This document shows, one piece after another, positions 21,401-32,646 of a DNA stretch of 32,646 bases. Under the pieces are notes generated by a model that made no database searches, was not told the DNA's origin, and worked only from the letters and a program-made list of their open reading frames with translations. Made by a program: the position numbers and the translations under genes. Positions within the stretch are counted from its first letter, which is position 1. Each line of letters opens with the position of its first letter. The DNA comes from Octopus bimaculoides (taxonomy: Eukaryota), in NCBI RefSeq assembly GCF_001194135.2, contig NC_068991.1, positions 34,794,010 to 34,826,655 on the forward strand. Direction: 5' to 3'.

Positions 21401-24083
21401 TGATAATGAAACTATCAATAGAGAATACAGCTGTACACAACAGCAAACCATATTTATCTACTTATCAGACTCCGCATCATTTACACATGCACATTACAAA
21501 ATATGGAAACAACAAAACAATTATTAAAAAAACACAGAGTGAATTTGAGGTTTGAAAGTAGTTTAGCTTATTGTAGCTGCTATAACACAAGTTTAACTAT
21601 AAAATACTCAAACGTGTTGGGTATATAAACCTCTAGAGAGAGGGAAAAGGTAACAGTCACCAGTAAGTATTGGACTTGCATGTACCATTTCCTGGACAAC
21701 TTAACATATTACAAAGTGACAATCATTAATACCATTTTAAGACTACCATACAAATATAGCTAAAGGATTAGAACATCAATTACCATGAATTACAAATTTC
21801 ATTGTAGGGTATATACATATATTCTTTATTCATCATGTCTTATTACTTATATATTTTTCTTCATTTCCACCAATTTAAACATTAGCCTACACTCCATATA
21901 TCTTCTTTCACATGACATCAATAGAGACTACAGGAATTCTTTTTTTGTACACATCATCAATGACAAGGGAACAGAATTAGACAATTGCCATTGTATGGTA
22001 AATATACTTCATTCTTTCCTCATTCATTTTTAATGTATTTCAAAAATTACTTTACGCATCTTTATTATACTATTAAATTAACCATCAACTATTTATATAC
22101 AGAATAGAAATTAAGAGACATGGTGTTAATACTAATGCCACCATACATTTGTAACAGAAAGGATTAATGCATCAAGGACCACAGATTTCATCATTTCGTA
22201 ATTATTCTTCATTCCTTCCATATCAATTCTAATTTCAAATATATTTCCTCAATTCACCATTTTATATATAAGAGTCTGCAGTCAACATTTTCATTTTCTC
22301 ATCCATATTCACAAATAACCATTCTTTTCAGGTAGTACCAACACTAAAAACAAAAGAATCAAGACACATTCAAGGACAACTATTCTTTCAGAAATGTGTT
22401 CATTTCCTAATAATTTAGACCAATTAATACTATGTCAAATGTATAGTCAAGAATAATTAACTTTGTATTAAGAATGGACTGTATTACAGATATTTTGAAT
22501 ATAATTGTTCTTTGTTCATTGCACATTGAATAATACATCCATATTTTCTGCATATTAAAATACTACCAACTTTATTTCTTCCATATTCCTGTACAACAAA
22601 ATACTAATGTCTTAACACATTGCTGCCAAGAATAATAGATGAGGTTTCTATTATAACAGACATTTGAATAGATTTCTTTATTCAAGTAAGTATTCTTCGC
22701 TTCTTACATTTCCATAGGCAACACAAAATATATATAATTCTCCTAAATGACATTAGACAGATATAGGATAGAAGAACAATTTCATTGATAAAGTTAATTT
22801 TTCAACTTTTCTATCTACATCTATAATGTCGCCTTTCCTTCATTTATTGCCCTTACAGAAATATAGACAAAGTATACATAAAATATTGGATGATGCAGTA
22901 AATACACCACCCTGTAATGATATCAGCACCACGAAACCATCAATAAAATCAGAAACACATCATAACATATGAACTATATATCAATTCAGGAATAATGAAT
23001 AACAAAATCCACACAACATTTATTCAGATAAATATAACTTTATTTTCCCTCATTTCAAATTCAATTACATCTTATCCATTTATTAGCTCTTTCAGATGGC
23101 AAACCAATAAGTATCAACTCTCATAAACACCAGCTAAAATTACCTATGATCAACTACAGACAGTTACTCACTCATGTAAATACCATTCATCTCTTCTAAG
23201 TCAGTTATGGTTTCTTATATTCTTACATTTCATTTCTACAATTCCATTAATTCCTTACCCATCTTTCCCTTACAGTCAATGACACTTATAGGTAGTAAAT
23301 ACATATTTCATAACTTACACGAAGAAAAATAATGCATATTAATACAAGTTATTTAGTGGCAACAATCTGAATACATAACCAGTAAAGGAACAAAGAATAT
23401 AACAACTGCCACACATATTCTTACACTTGATTAATTTTTTCCAGATCATTTTCACACTTCGTTTCCATTCAAAATATTACATTGAAATGTTATAAATAGT
23501 TCACCAACATTCATTAACTGTTGAAGACAGTGTATGAATACTTCTTAAAAATATCAATATCAATAAAAATTAAACCCATTAACAAAAAAAAAATTATGAA
23601 TAAATCATGCATTAATTGCAGAAGGACTACAAAATTTAAATAAAACAAATTCTGCCAATAGCTAAAATAAATTAAAATTCATTTTTGTTGAACAATCTAT
23701 AAGTTTTCATAATGAACAGCACATTCTTTAAAGCAATCCAGAAGACAAAATCACAAACATAAAAATAACATTGCATAGACAACCAAAATCATCTTAGCAG
23801 AAAAACATACAACATCAAACTCAAAAAGCTCTTCATATATGGACTACAGTAAGGTAAATATCATTCTTTCTTTGCTGCCTCAGTGTTATTTTCCTATTTA
23901 CAAGTAGCTTACAGGCTTCTAAGCCTAAAAAGTGAAACAAATGTCTTCAGATACTCTACACACACCACACTTTATTGAATACTATTCCCCATGCATTCTA
24001 TATGTATACTTATGTATATATATTATCCAAATATATGATACAATGTAAAATATGTTATCTTAAAGATAGCGCATTCGCACAAG

Positions 24084-24114
<31 letters not shown>

Positions 24115-24384
24115 CTTACACACTTACACACACACGTACACACAATGTCAAACTTTTAGAGCAGCTGATGGGTGTTTTCCCAGCAATTAGTCATCAATAC
24201 TTGCATATTACTTGGGAACAATTAATGGTTGATGAGGATCTCAAATTATTGACTTATATCTTACTGATTTTAATGTTCATTTTAATGTCAAGAAGCACCT
24301 TGCAAGAAGTAACTCCTTCTCCTTTTGAAGATGAAGATAGACAAACACAACACACTCACACACATACAAATACATAGCCTTCAG

Positions 24385-24690
24385 CTAGTATCTTCTACTA
24401 TAGTTTCAAGCTGACCAAAGCCTTGTGAGTGGATTTGGTAGAAAGAAACTGAAAAGAAGTCCATTGTATATGTATATATACATATCTATGCATACGTTTT
24501 TGTGTCTGTGCTTGTCCACCACCACTGCTTGATAATGGTGCTGGTGTGTTTATGTCCCTGTAACATAGCAGTTCGACAAAAGAGACCAATAGAATAAGTA
24601 CTAGGTTTTAAAAAAAAACATGTAGTGGGGTCGATTGATATGACTAAAAAATTCCTCAATGTGGTGCCCCAGCATGGCCACTGTCTAATG
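24385..24690 (+). mobile_element. SINE body (5'-truncated), same family as 32421-32582
   Basis: TCTTCTACTATAG...GACCAAAGCCTTGTGAGTGGATTTGGTAGA.AGAAACTGAAA.GAAG matches 32510-32578. It is followed by a microsatellite and further SINE-like sequence. Confidence 0.75.
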
Positions 24691-24889
24691 GTACAAATGA
24701 TTTGTAAACACCTAATGATTTATAAACATTTTTATTATTCAATGCATTGCTTCAAATGGAGAATACTTTGAAGGTGATAAAAGTGTAAACATGTAAAACT
24801 AAATGAATAAAATAATATTGCAAAATTCCAGTTTTTTTTGGGTACCCCCTCATATTTGGTTTAATTAGTAGTGGGGAGAATGTTCTGAC

Positions 24890-25865
24890 AGTATAGGAGC
24901 TAGAGTAAGAACAGGATGGAAAAAGTTCTAAGTACTATTACCTTTGTAGGTAACAAAGGGACCCTCTCTCAAAGTGAAAATCAGATTATATGATGCTTGT
25001 GTATAAACAGTAATGTTACACAGTAGTGAAACAAGGGTGATAAATACAGAGGAGATGTGAAGGCTAGATGTGCAATGTCAGTGTGCATGTTTGACAAAGT
25101 ACAAATATGTTGAGAGAAAATTTATGCATAAGTGATATCTGATATAGATGAAATATATGTGCAAAATAGTTAAAAATGACCTCCTAAAACCATATCATTT
25201 ATGTCAATACTCCTGCACATAATCTTCCCTGATGTGTCTCTTACCCGCAACTCATCTTTCTAACACCCTCACCTCATCACTCTTCTGACTATGATACTAG
25301 TCCCCATTGCCCATGTTTGTCTCCCACTATTTCTTTCCCTATGTATCCCTGATCTTGTACCTGGCAGTGTACATCTCTCGCATACTGTCCACACTTCACA
25401 TCACCTGTACTACCTCCAATTGCTTCCCCTTTTTCTCCAACAAAACTGATATTTACAATTGACATTTCCACTCATGATCCCATTCACTGCATCCTCATCT
25501 CTATCCATGTGCTATCCTCCTCTTACACTTTTGTGAACTTACCTACTGTCTGATCTTCTTGAGCCCTGCTCTTATATTTACTTTCCAGTTACTTGAGGGT
25601 ATCCTCTGATACCTCTTTACTAGTATCTTCTCTCTTTTCCCAACAGAGGTAACCATGTATCTCCTTCACTGCAAAATACCTGTTCTTGACCTTCTATCAT
25701 ACTTTAACCTCTCATCAACATCAACTCCTCAGTTGTGAGTTACTTGAATATCTTACTTGTGCCAGTGCCCCCAAAAAGTCATCCATTACACTTTGTGAAG
25801 TGAGTGGAGATTTAAAGGGCATCAAGCCATAGAAATCATGTAAAAGTCATGATTAGATGATGATA
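24890..25865 (+). mobile_element. Highly decayed RTE LINE 3' fragment
   Basis: GTGAAAATCAGATTATATGATGCTTGTGTA is homologous to 6646-6680 and 12345-12380. It is followed by a pyrimidine-rich 3' region and a tail remnant (AAGGGCATC...GATGATGAT). Confidence 0.7.
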
Positions 25866-26239
25866 TAATGTATGTTTGTATATTCAGAAAAAGGGTTGAC
25901 AGAGTTTCAGAATAGGCTATCCACATAAGTTGCATTTTCTGTTTTGATGGGGATTTTTCAATTTTTTTCCACTATGATGAGAGGTGGAACCTTTTATGAA
26001 AAAAATTTCTGAAAATGTATGATTTTTATACTCCCCTTCTTGGAAGTTATCCCTACCCTCACGACAGTGATCACCATTACAATTCTTTCCCCACATTTTT
26101 TTAAATAGAAAATGGAACGTCATTTTCAAAATCAACATGAAACAGGTATCTATTTTTTAAAAAACTTTTTTCCATTCGACTCATACAAAAAAAAAAAAAG
26201 GAGTTTTAAAAAACAACGAACCACCCTTTCGAACCATGA

Positions 26240-26316
26240 AAAGAAGCGTTTAGAGGAATCGAAACCGCTATCATATGCTCATGAATGGGTATCCTAATCA
26301 CTAAGCCACGCGCCTC
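26240..26316 (-). mobile_element. tRNA-derived SINE head
   Basis: The minus strand reads GAGGCGCGTGGCTTAGTGATTAGG (A box) ... GGTTTCGATTCC (B box, 26266-26255). No complete cloverleaf is evident. Confidence 0.6.
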
Positions 26317-26961
26317 AACGCTTGCTCACTACTTGTTTAATTCAAAATATTTTCGAAACCTATTGGATAACATACGTAACAAATGTATATAAAACAAATA
26401 AAACGTTCTCTATATTTAACTAAAAAAATTATGGATAATTATTATTTCACCTCATAAAAACAATTCTTCACACTAAACTACAGAAAGTTGCTCGCAAATC
26501 AATTATCGTGGTAAATCAAACCAGCTGTCATATTCGAGATCGATATCTATAATAGAGATAAAAACAAATATTAGCTTCTACATACCTATTAAAATACATC
26601 TAAAGTTGTTCATGTTTAAACGTCAGTTCCTTCTCTGCCTTTGACAGCTTATATAAAAACACGAGCATGTTTATATACAACATAAACATGTATGTATGTA
26701 GATAGGTATGTATGTTTATATGTATGTGTGTGTAAGTATGTATGTATAAGAGGAACAGAGAGGGGGGAGAGAGAGAGAGAGACAGAGAGAGAGAGAGAGC
26801 ATTTTTGAACTGAAAGAAGAAGTCTTACAATTATAGAAATGGAAAATCCTACTTTCTAAGTCTGGAAAATCCCTTGCAGCGTCTATTTACACACACACAC
26901 ACACACACATATGTATACACATATATATGGCAATACATATTAATATATATATATATATATA

Positions 26962-27377
26962 NNNNNNNNNNNNNNNNNNNNNNNNNNNNNNNNNNNNNNN
27001 NNNNNNNNNNNNNNNNNNNNNNNNNNNNNNNNNNNNNNNNNNNNNNNNNNNNNNNNNNNNNNNNNNNNNNNNNNNNNNNNNNNNNNNNNNNNNNNNNNNN
27101 NNNNNNNNNNNNNNNNNNNNNNNNNNNNNNNNNNNNNNNNNNNNNNNNNNNNNNNNNNNNNNNNNNNNNNNNNNNNNNNNNNNNNNNNNNNNNNNNNNNN
27201 NNNNNNNNNNNNNNNNNNNNNNNNNNNNNNNNNNNNNNNNNNNNNNNNNNNNNNNNNNNNNNNNNNNNNNNNNNNNNNNNNNNNNNNNNNNNNNNNNNNN
27301 NNNNNNNNNNNNNNNNNNNNNNNNNNNNNNNNNNNNNNNNNNNNNNNNNNNNNNNNNNNNNNNNNNNNNNNNNNNNN
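26962..27377. other. Assembly gap (N run)
   Basis: Run of N. Confidence 1.
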
Positions 27378-27589
27378 AAATCATATTCAACACCGTATTT
27401 ATATGAATTTGTTTATCTCACCACGATATATGGCATCTTTTATAAACTTTTTCTATTACTCAAACGAAAAATAATTTTTTTTAACTTTTCAAAAAATAGC
27501 ACATCTTTCAGCCATCAGATACCTTCTTTCTTTGTTTAATATTTTTCTCCTCATAAACACATTTGATGTTTAACAAAAAAAAAAAAATC

Positions 27590-27957
27590 ATGTATTTATA
27601 TAATGTTAAGAAAGTCATTTTTTTTCTTCTTTAACGAAAGGTTTCTCCCATCGTTTTTAGTGTGTAGCGCCCACCAAATCGGTTCAAAGGAGGTGGGAAT
27701 CTTCGTGCGTAGTGTTCACAGAATCGGAGGGGATGGGTTAGGTGGTAAAACATCCTTTTTCGCAATTATTTTTTTTATAAAAAAGATACTCTGGGGCATT
27801 CCCAAAGGTACCGTAAAAAAAAATCTCCGTCAAAACGGAGAAATTCCAACTTGTTGATGCTTCCTAACTCCAACGTCTGCTTATATGTATGCATGTATGT
27901 AGATGATACATGCATACATACATATATACATACATATATATACATACATACATATAT

Positions 27958-27991
<34 letters not shown>

Positions 27992-28030
27992 GCACACACA
28001 CACACACGCACAAATATAAATATATATATA
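27590..28030. mobile_element. Probable non-autonomous element abutting a (TACA/TA)n microsatellite
   Basis: A GC-enriched unit with A/T tracts ends directly in a microsatellite at about 27872-28030. Family not assignable. Confidence 0.3.
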
Positions 28031-28047
28031 TGATTATAAAAAATATT

Positions 28048-28322
28048 ATTATAATTAAGGGCACTGGAATGCTAGCGCCTATACGCTAGAAATAGATGTC
28101 AAATACCTACAACCCACTCTAAATTTGATCTCTATTCATAACCCAAGGCCGAATGCAAGGAAATGAGCAAGAAGATTTACATGCAATTTGTAAATCTCCT
28201 TGCTCATTTCCTCACATTCAGTCTCAGCTTATGAATAGAGAACAAATTTAGAGTGGATTGTAGTTATTTGACATCTACCTCTAGCATATAGGCGCTGGCA
28301 TTCCATTGCCCTTAATTATAAT
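28048..28322. mobile_element. Foldback/MITE-like element: 130-bp inverted arms, 9-nt loop, TTAA-GGG...CCC-TTAA ends
   Basis: 28051-28180 aligns without gaps to the reverse complement of 28190-28319 at 114/130 identity. Confidence 0.9.
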
Positions 28323-28428
28323 TATATCTTTATAATTATGTACTTAAAAATTAATTTTACTGATATGGTCGTTTTTATTGGCTAGCCATTTATGTAATTA
28401 TGTTAATGATTATTTCCTGAATTTATAA

Positions 28429-28461
<33 letters not shown>

Positions 28462-28875
28462 CTAGCAGTAATTACTTTTACTCTTTTTTGGGAGCTACAT
28501 TCAAAGTGTTATTTATATATAGATTTACTCCTCCTGTATGTGTGTATTTCATAAAAAAAAAAGTAATAACTGAAGTAGAAAAAAAGATCAATTTCATATG
28601 AACTTCTGTTTCTTTATTATATGACAATAATAAGTGAGTTGTATGTGTTATTTTATATATCAATACAGTAATAGCAATTATATAATACACAAGACTTTGG
28701 TTGGCACAGAACCCAAGGTGACAAGGTTGAAAAGCAAGCTATAAAGGAGAGATACATTTTGGATAATATACTCTTTAATACAATACGCTTAACAAAAGGA
28801 TGGGATGTTTACAGCAAGAAGACCTTTGATTTTAATATTTACTCGAGCAACACAACAACTAACAGTGCTACACCA

Positions 28876-29364
28876 TACAGGGTGTTCCAGAATTAACTAT
28901 CTATTTCAATGAAATTGAGCAAATTTTAAAAAAGCTTACAGAAGTTTATGTTTATTACCAAAACAAATAGATTTATAAATCTTACATCAAACTTTTATTG
29001 AAAATTTTCAACATGTCTGTATTCCTGCATACTTCAATTCTCTCCTTAGCATTGTGAAATACATTTTGAAGCATTTCAGGCATTAGCTCCTGCACTGCTA
29101 ACTGAATGTGTTCGTTAGGCTCAAGTAAACGATTACTCCCTCTTGGGGATAAAGGTAAAGAAAATAATTGCTGCCAAATTGAAAAAAAGCTATCATGGAC
29201 AAATAAGAGGGGTCCCTCAGGAATAAAAATAAAATTATAAAGAAAGTTCAAAATTTATACACTTTTAACACATATTAAACATGATAAACATAAATAAAAA
29301 ATAGTTTAAAAAAAAAATGCATTCAATTTCACTCAAATTATCATTAATTCTGGAACACCCTGTA
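28876..29364 (-). mobile_element. Internally deleted Tc1/mariner element (485 bp, 28878-29362) with intact TIRs and TA target duplication
   Basis: TA|CAGGGTGTTCCAGAATTAA ... TTAATTCTGGAACACCCTG|TA: a 19-bp perfect TIR with an imperfect extension. The minus-strand remnant HIQLAVQELMPEMLQNVFHNAKERIEVC resembles a transposase C-terminus. Confidence 0.9.
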
Positions 29365-29758
29365 TCTACTCGTCCGACTAAACAGGGGAGAGAACACAGG
29401 GGGGGACTAATTGCAGGTGGCAAGCATAGCTTCTGGAAGTTGGTCATGCAGTCAAACTCAAATGGCTGTGAGTCACAACAGCAGTTTGTTTTTTTGTTTG
29501 AACATTTTGCATTATATAGTTCAAACATCGATGACATAGAAAACAGACATGCTGTTGGGCCATGCTGTGTTGTGCAGGATTGGAAACGTGAAACCTCAAC
29601 AGGGTACTTCTGGAGAATGGATGAAAGGGTTTGTTATGCCTTTACCCAGCCGCACACACACACACACATTTGATGATATTCATTTCTTGTCAATCACTAC
29701 TAACACTAATGAGCTTTGAACATTCAAACAGATTGATGTACAGTTTTAATATTATTGA

Positions 29759-29890
29759 CTGTTATGAACATTTAAACTTGTCAACATCGAAATTTCTGAA
29801 CATGTTTTCATAATTCTAAATTTGTCTGTTATGAACATTTTAATTTGTCAACATTGAAACTTTTAAAGCTGTTTTTCTAATTCATAATTT
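29759..29890. repeat. Two-copy tandem repeat, about 67-bp unit
   Basis: CTGTTATGAACATTT.A..TTGTCAACAT.GAAA.TT at 29759 and 29826. Confidence 0.75.
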
Positions 29891-30011
29891 AAAATTTTTA
29901 CCATTGATAAACAAAAGATATTGTTGAAACTAGTTTGGTATATATGTAAATAAATTTATTTCAAACAATTACAAGTTTTTCAAATTTAGGTGCATTTTCA
30001 ACAACAAATTT

Positions 30012-30761
30012 GATAATAAGAGTGAAAAAACTACAGAAGGCTTGTGTTACATGGTTAAAGTATATATTTAAATTATGTCAGAAAAATGTTAGAAAATCTT
30101 TTTGGTATATAAACATTGTATTTTGAGAAATAACCGGTTTCATGTTGTCTTTTCAAATTTCTCTACTTCATTGTAACGTGTTCGCTCCAGTCTGAAAAAG
30201 AAGAGTTCTAGATAGGGGGAGGTAATTAGGGATTTCTTCCGGTATAGGGGAGATAATCGAAATCTAGGAGGTGGTAGAATTTGATTAATTTACCATGGTT
30301 TTGTTCTATATTTTTTTCCCTTTTTTCTCAGTGGGGTGTTGAATTTCCTTATTTAAATGTGTTAGCAATGGTTAAGTTTGGGTTTGTATTTTTGAATGAA
30401 AAAGGTTTNNNNNNNNNNNNNNNNNNNNNNNNNNNNNNNNNNNNNNNNNNNNNNNNNNNNNNNNNNNNNNNNNNNNNNNNNNNNNNNNNNNNNNNNNNNN
30501 NNNNNNNNNNNNNNNNNNNNNNNNNNNNNNNNNNNNNNNNNNNNNNNNNNNNNNNNNNNNNNNNNNNNNNNNNNNNNNNNNNNNNNNNNNNNNNNNNNNN
30601 NNNNNNNNNNNNNNNNNNNNNNNGACAACACGAAACCGGTTATTTCTCAAAATACAATGTTTATATACCAAAAAGATTTTATAACATTTTTCTGATATAA
30701 TTTAAATATATACTTTAACCATGTAACACAAGCCTTCTGTAGTTTTTTCACTCTTATTATC
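30012..30761. mobile_element. Element with long terminal inverted repeats (at least 138 bp) spanning an assembly gap
   Basis: 30012-30149 matches the reverse complement of 30624-30761 with 3 mismatches. Confidence 0.75.
30409..30623. other. Assembly gap (N run)
   Basis: Run of N. Confidence 1.
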
Positions 30762-30830
30762 TTTTATACATCCAACCACGTGCTTTCACATACCAACTTT
30801 CTCACCTATATATATATATATATACACTCT

Positions 30831-31001
30831 CTACACTCTCTGAGTGGTTGGCGTTAGGAAGGGCATCCAGCTGTAGAAACTCTGCCAAATCAGACTGGAG
30901 CCTGGTGTTGCCACCCGGTTTCACCAGTCCTCAGTCAAATCGTCCAACCCATGCTAGCATGGAAAGCGGACGTTAAACGATGATGATGATGATGATGATG
31001 A
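30831..31001 (+). mobile_element. Short 5'-truncated RTE tail insertion with (GAT)n
   Basis: Matches positions 69-238 with one substitution outside the (GAT)n run (GCCATCCGG vs GCCACCCGG). Confidence 0.9.
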
Positions 31002-31164
31002 TATACATATAAATATATGTATATATATATATATATACATATATGTACATATACATGTATACACGTGTACACACACACACATAAACATACATACATATAT
31101 ATACACATACATAAATATACATGCATATACATACAGGAAGACTTACAAACATACACACATATAC

Positions 31165-31915
31165 ATATATGGGAAGCAAAGTTGTAAAGGGAATGATAGA
31201 AATTTGAAAATGCTGTTGAGGAAACAGACGCTATAGGGTGAGGGAAGAAGAAAAGGTATAGAGGAAAAAAAAGAGAGTCCTCAATGGAAATTGCCGTATT
31301 AAAAATGTTGTTTACCAATGTAAAATTACCTCTGGATCTAAGGAATTCTTTTATATTGGATTATCATCTACGAAGTTGAAATGCTGTATATCACATCGTC
31401 TTTCAACTTTAAATAGTCATAAGCATAATTCTACAGGACTTAGTAAGCTAATTTGGCACCTTAAAGACTCTAACAAACTTTTTTCTTTAGATTGGAAAAT
31501 TTTATACAGATCATTCCCCTATGACAAAGGGAAATTTTTTTGTCCTCTCTGTATGGACGAGCAACTATCTATCCTCTTTTCTAAACATAAACTGGTAAGC
31601 ACCTTTAATGAATGAGTTTACAGGTGTTTACTTGGGAAAAAACACTCTTTTGCTTTTTCAAAAAATATCTACCCCTCACCTAATAATAATTTCTGTTTAT
31701 TCTTTATTCTTTCTTCCCATAACCAATATTCTTCCCTTCACCTATCATCTATTCTCTTTTTGCTCATTCCTCCCTTTCTCCTTTAACCTTGTTCTTTCAT
31801 TGCCTCTTTCTTCCTCTATACCTTTTCTTCTTCCCTCACCCTATGGCGTATGTTTCTTCAATGGCATTTTCAAATTACAAGCATACCCTTCACAAATTCA
31901 CTTTCCATATATGCA
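31165..31915. repeat. Inverted repeat pair (about 31165-31275 and 31805-31915) bracketing the Penelope fragment
   Basis: 31233-31266 is the exact reverse complement of 31811-31844 (34 bp), with gapped similarity on both sides. Confidence 0.85.
31277..31660 (+). mobile_element. Penelope-like element, GIY-YIG endonuclease C-terminal fragment
   Basis: Open frame 31277-31615: VLNGNCRIKNVVYQCKI...FYIGLSST...STGLSKLIWHLKD...WKIL..SFPY......CPLCMDEQLSIL. It shows the VVY...YIG motif and the PY..C.LC motif typical of PLE endonucleases. Confidence 0.85.
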
Positions 31916-31987
31916 GGTATACTTATGTATGTGCGCATATGTTTATGTATGTGCGTGTGTTGATTTATGTGTGTATACACGTATATG

Positions 31988-31989
<2 letters not shown>

Positions 31990-32061
<72 letters not shown>

Positions 32062-32420
32062 CACACACACATATATGTGTGTGTGTGTGTGTGTCACATA
32101 TATTGGAGTTTCTTATATCTGTTAAAATGTCTATTTGATGAGCACTGTTGCTTATATCCTCACTGATAAGATTGATGCATTACTCAACATTATTCATCCT
32201 GTTGGATATATTTTGAATGCATCCATTGAAACATGTCGATGATATGAAGATATAAATGACTAAATAACATCTTAAGTGTTTGTCTCCATTTTCAACTTTT
32301 CCTACATACATACATACATCTATAAACATACACACACACACAATCACACACACACACATATATATACACATACATACTTACGTACATACATACATACATA
32401 CATACATACATACATACATA
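31990..32420. repeat. (TA)n, (CA)n, (TG)n and (TACA)n microsatellite arrays
   Basis: Directly visible at about 31990-32095 and 32300-32420. Confidence 0.9.
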
Positions 32421-32582
32421 GGCGCAGGAGAGGCTGTGTGGTAAGTAGCTTGCTTACCAACCACATGGTTCTGGGTTCAGTCCCACTGCATGGCACCTTG
32501 GGCAAGTGTCTTCTACTATAGCCTCAGGCCGACCAAAGCCTTGCGAGTGGATTTGGTAGACAGAAACTGAAAGAAGCCTGTC
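32421..32582 (+). mobile_element. tRNA-derived SINE (A/B boxes plus CORE-like body) ending in a microsatellite
   Basis: GGCGCAGGAG.GGCTGTGTGGTAAG (A box), GGTTCAGTCCC (B box, 32474-32484), GGCACCTTGGGCAAGTGTCTTCT (CORE-like). Confidence 0.85.
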
Positions 32583-32646
32583 ATATATATATATATATGT
32601 GTGTGTGTGTGTATGTATATATATATATATGTGTGTGTGTATGTGT

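Noticed and set aside
29265-29537. Minus-strand ORF containing KTNCCCDSQPF, considered as a galaxin paralogue exon
   Set aside because: No convincing acceptor or donor brackets the motif, there is only one Cys cluster, and the ORF runs into a mariner TIR.
26240-32490. tRNA-like A/B boxes at 26240-26316 and 32421-32490 as tRNA genes
   Set aside because: There is no complete cloverleaf, and the 32421 copy continues into a SINE body also seen at 24385. These are SINE heads.
30935-32521. ORFs rich in YI/CV/HT dipeptides (also 23975-24190 and 27775-28064)
   Set aside because: These are translations of (TA)n, (TG)n and (TACA)n microsatellites.
1-32646. CRISPR array, operon or other prokaryotic defence system
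   Set aside because: There are no regularly spaced repeats with unique spacers and no compact gene clusters. Spliceosomal introns and eukaryotic transposons dominate.

Overview
AT-rich eukaryotic genomic DNA with four N gaps. It is dense in microsatellites and decayed transposons. The repeat set (RTE LINEs with (GAT)n tails, tRNA/CORE-type SINEs, (TA)n/(CA)n/(TACA)n arrays) resembles an octopus/cephalopod genome; this is an inference and was not checked by search. Most long ORFs in the supplied track are artefacts of N gaps or simple repeats. The one host gene I can support is a spliced minus-strand gene that the ORF track splits into unrelated pieces. Exons at 14796-14769, 11168-11061, 9945-9775 and 2805-2665 have canonical GT-AG boundaries, all in phase 1. 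They join into an uninterrupted 149-aa N-terminal sequence: a hydrophobic signal-like peptide followed by galaxin-type dicysteine (CC) repeats. A possible short last exon lies at 2416-2379. The rest is mobile DNA: five RTE LINE fragments and two RTE 3' tails, a DD37D Tc1/mariner relic, a 485-bp TA-flanked derivative with intact TIRs, a decayed Helitron Rep/PIF1 helicase, an L1/Tx1-like ORF1-only element behind a TATA-containing TG..CA segment, a Penelope-like GIY-YIG fragment between inverted repeats, a 130-bp-arm foldback element with strand-biased mismatches, a long-TIR element, and SINEs. There are no CRISPR arrays, rRNA genes or operons. All alignments and counts were done by eye.
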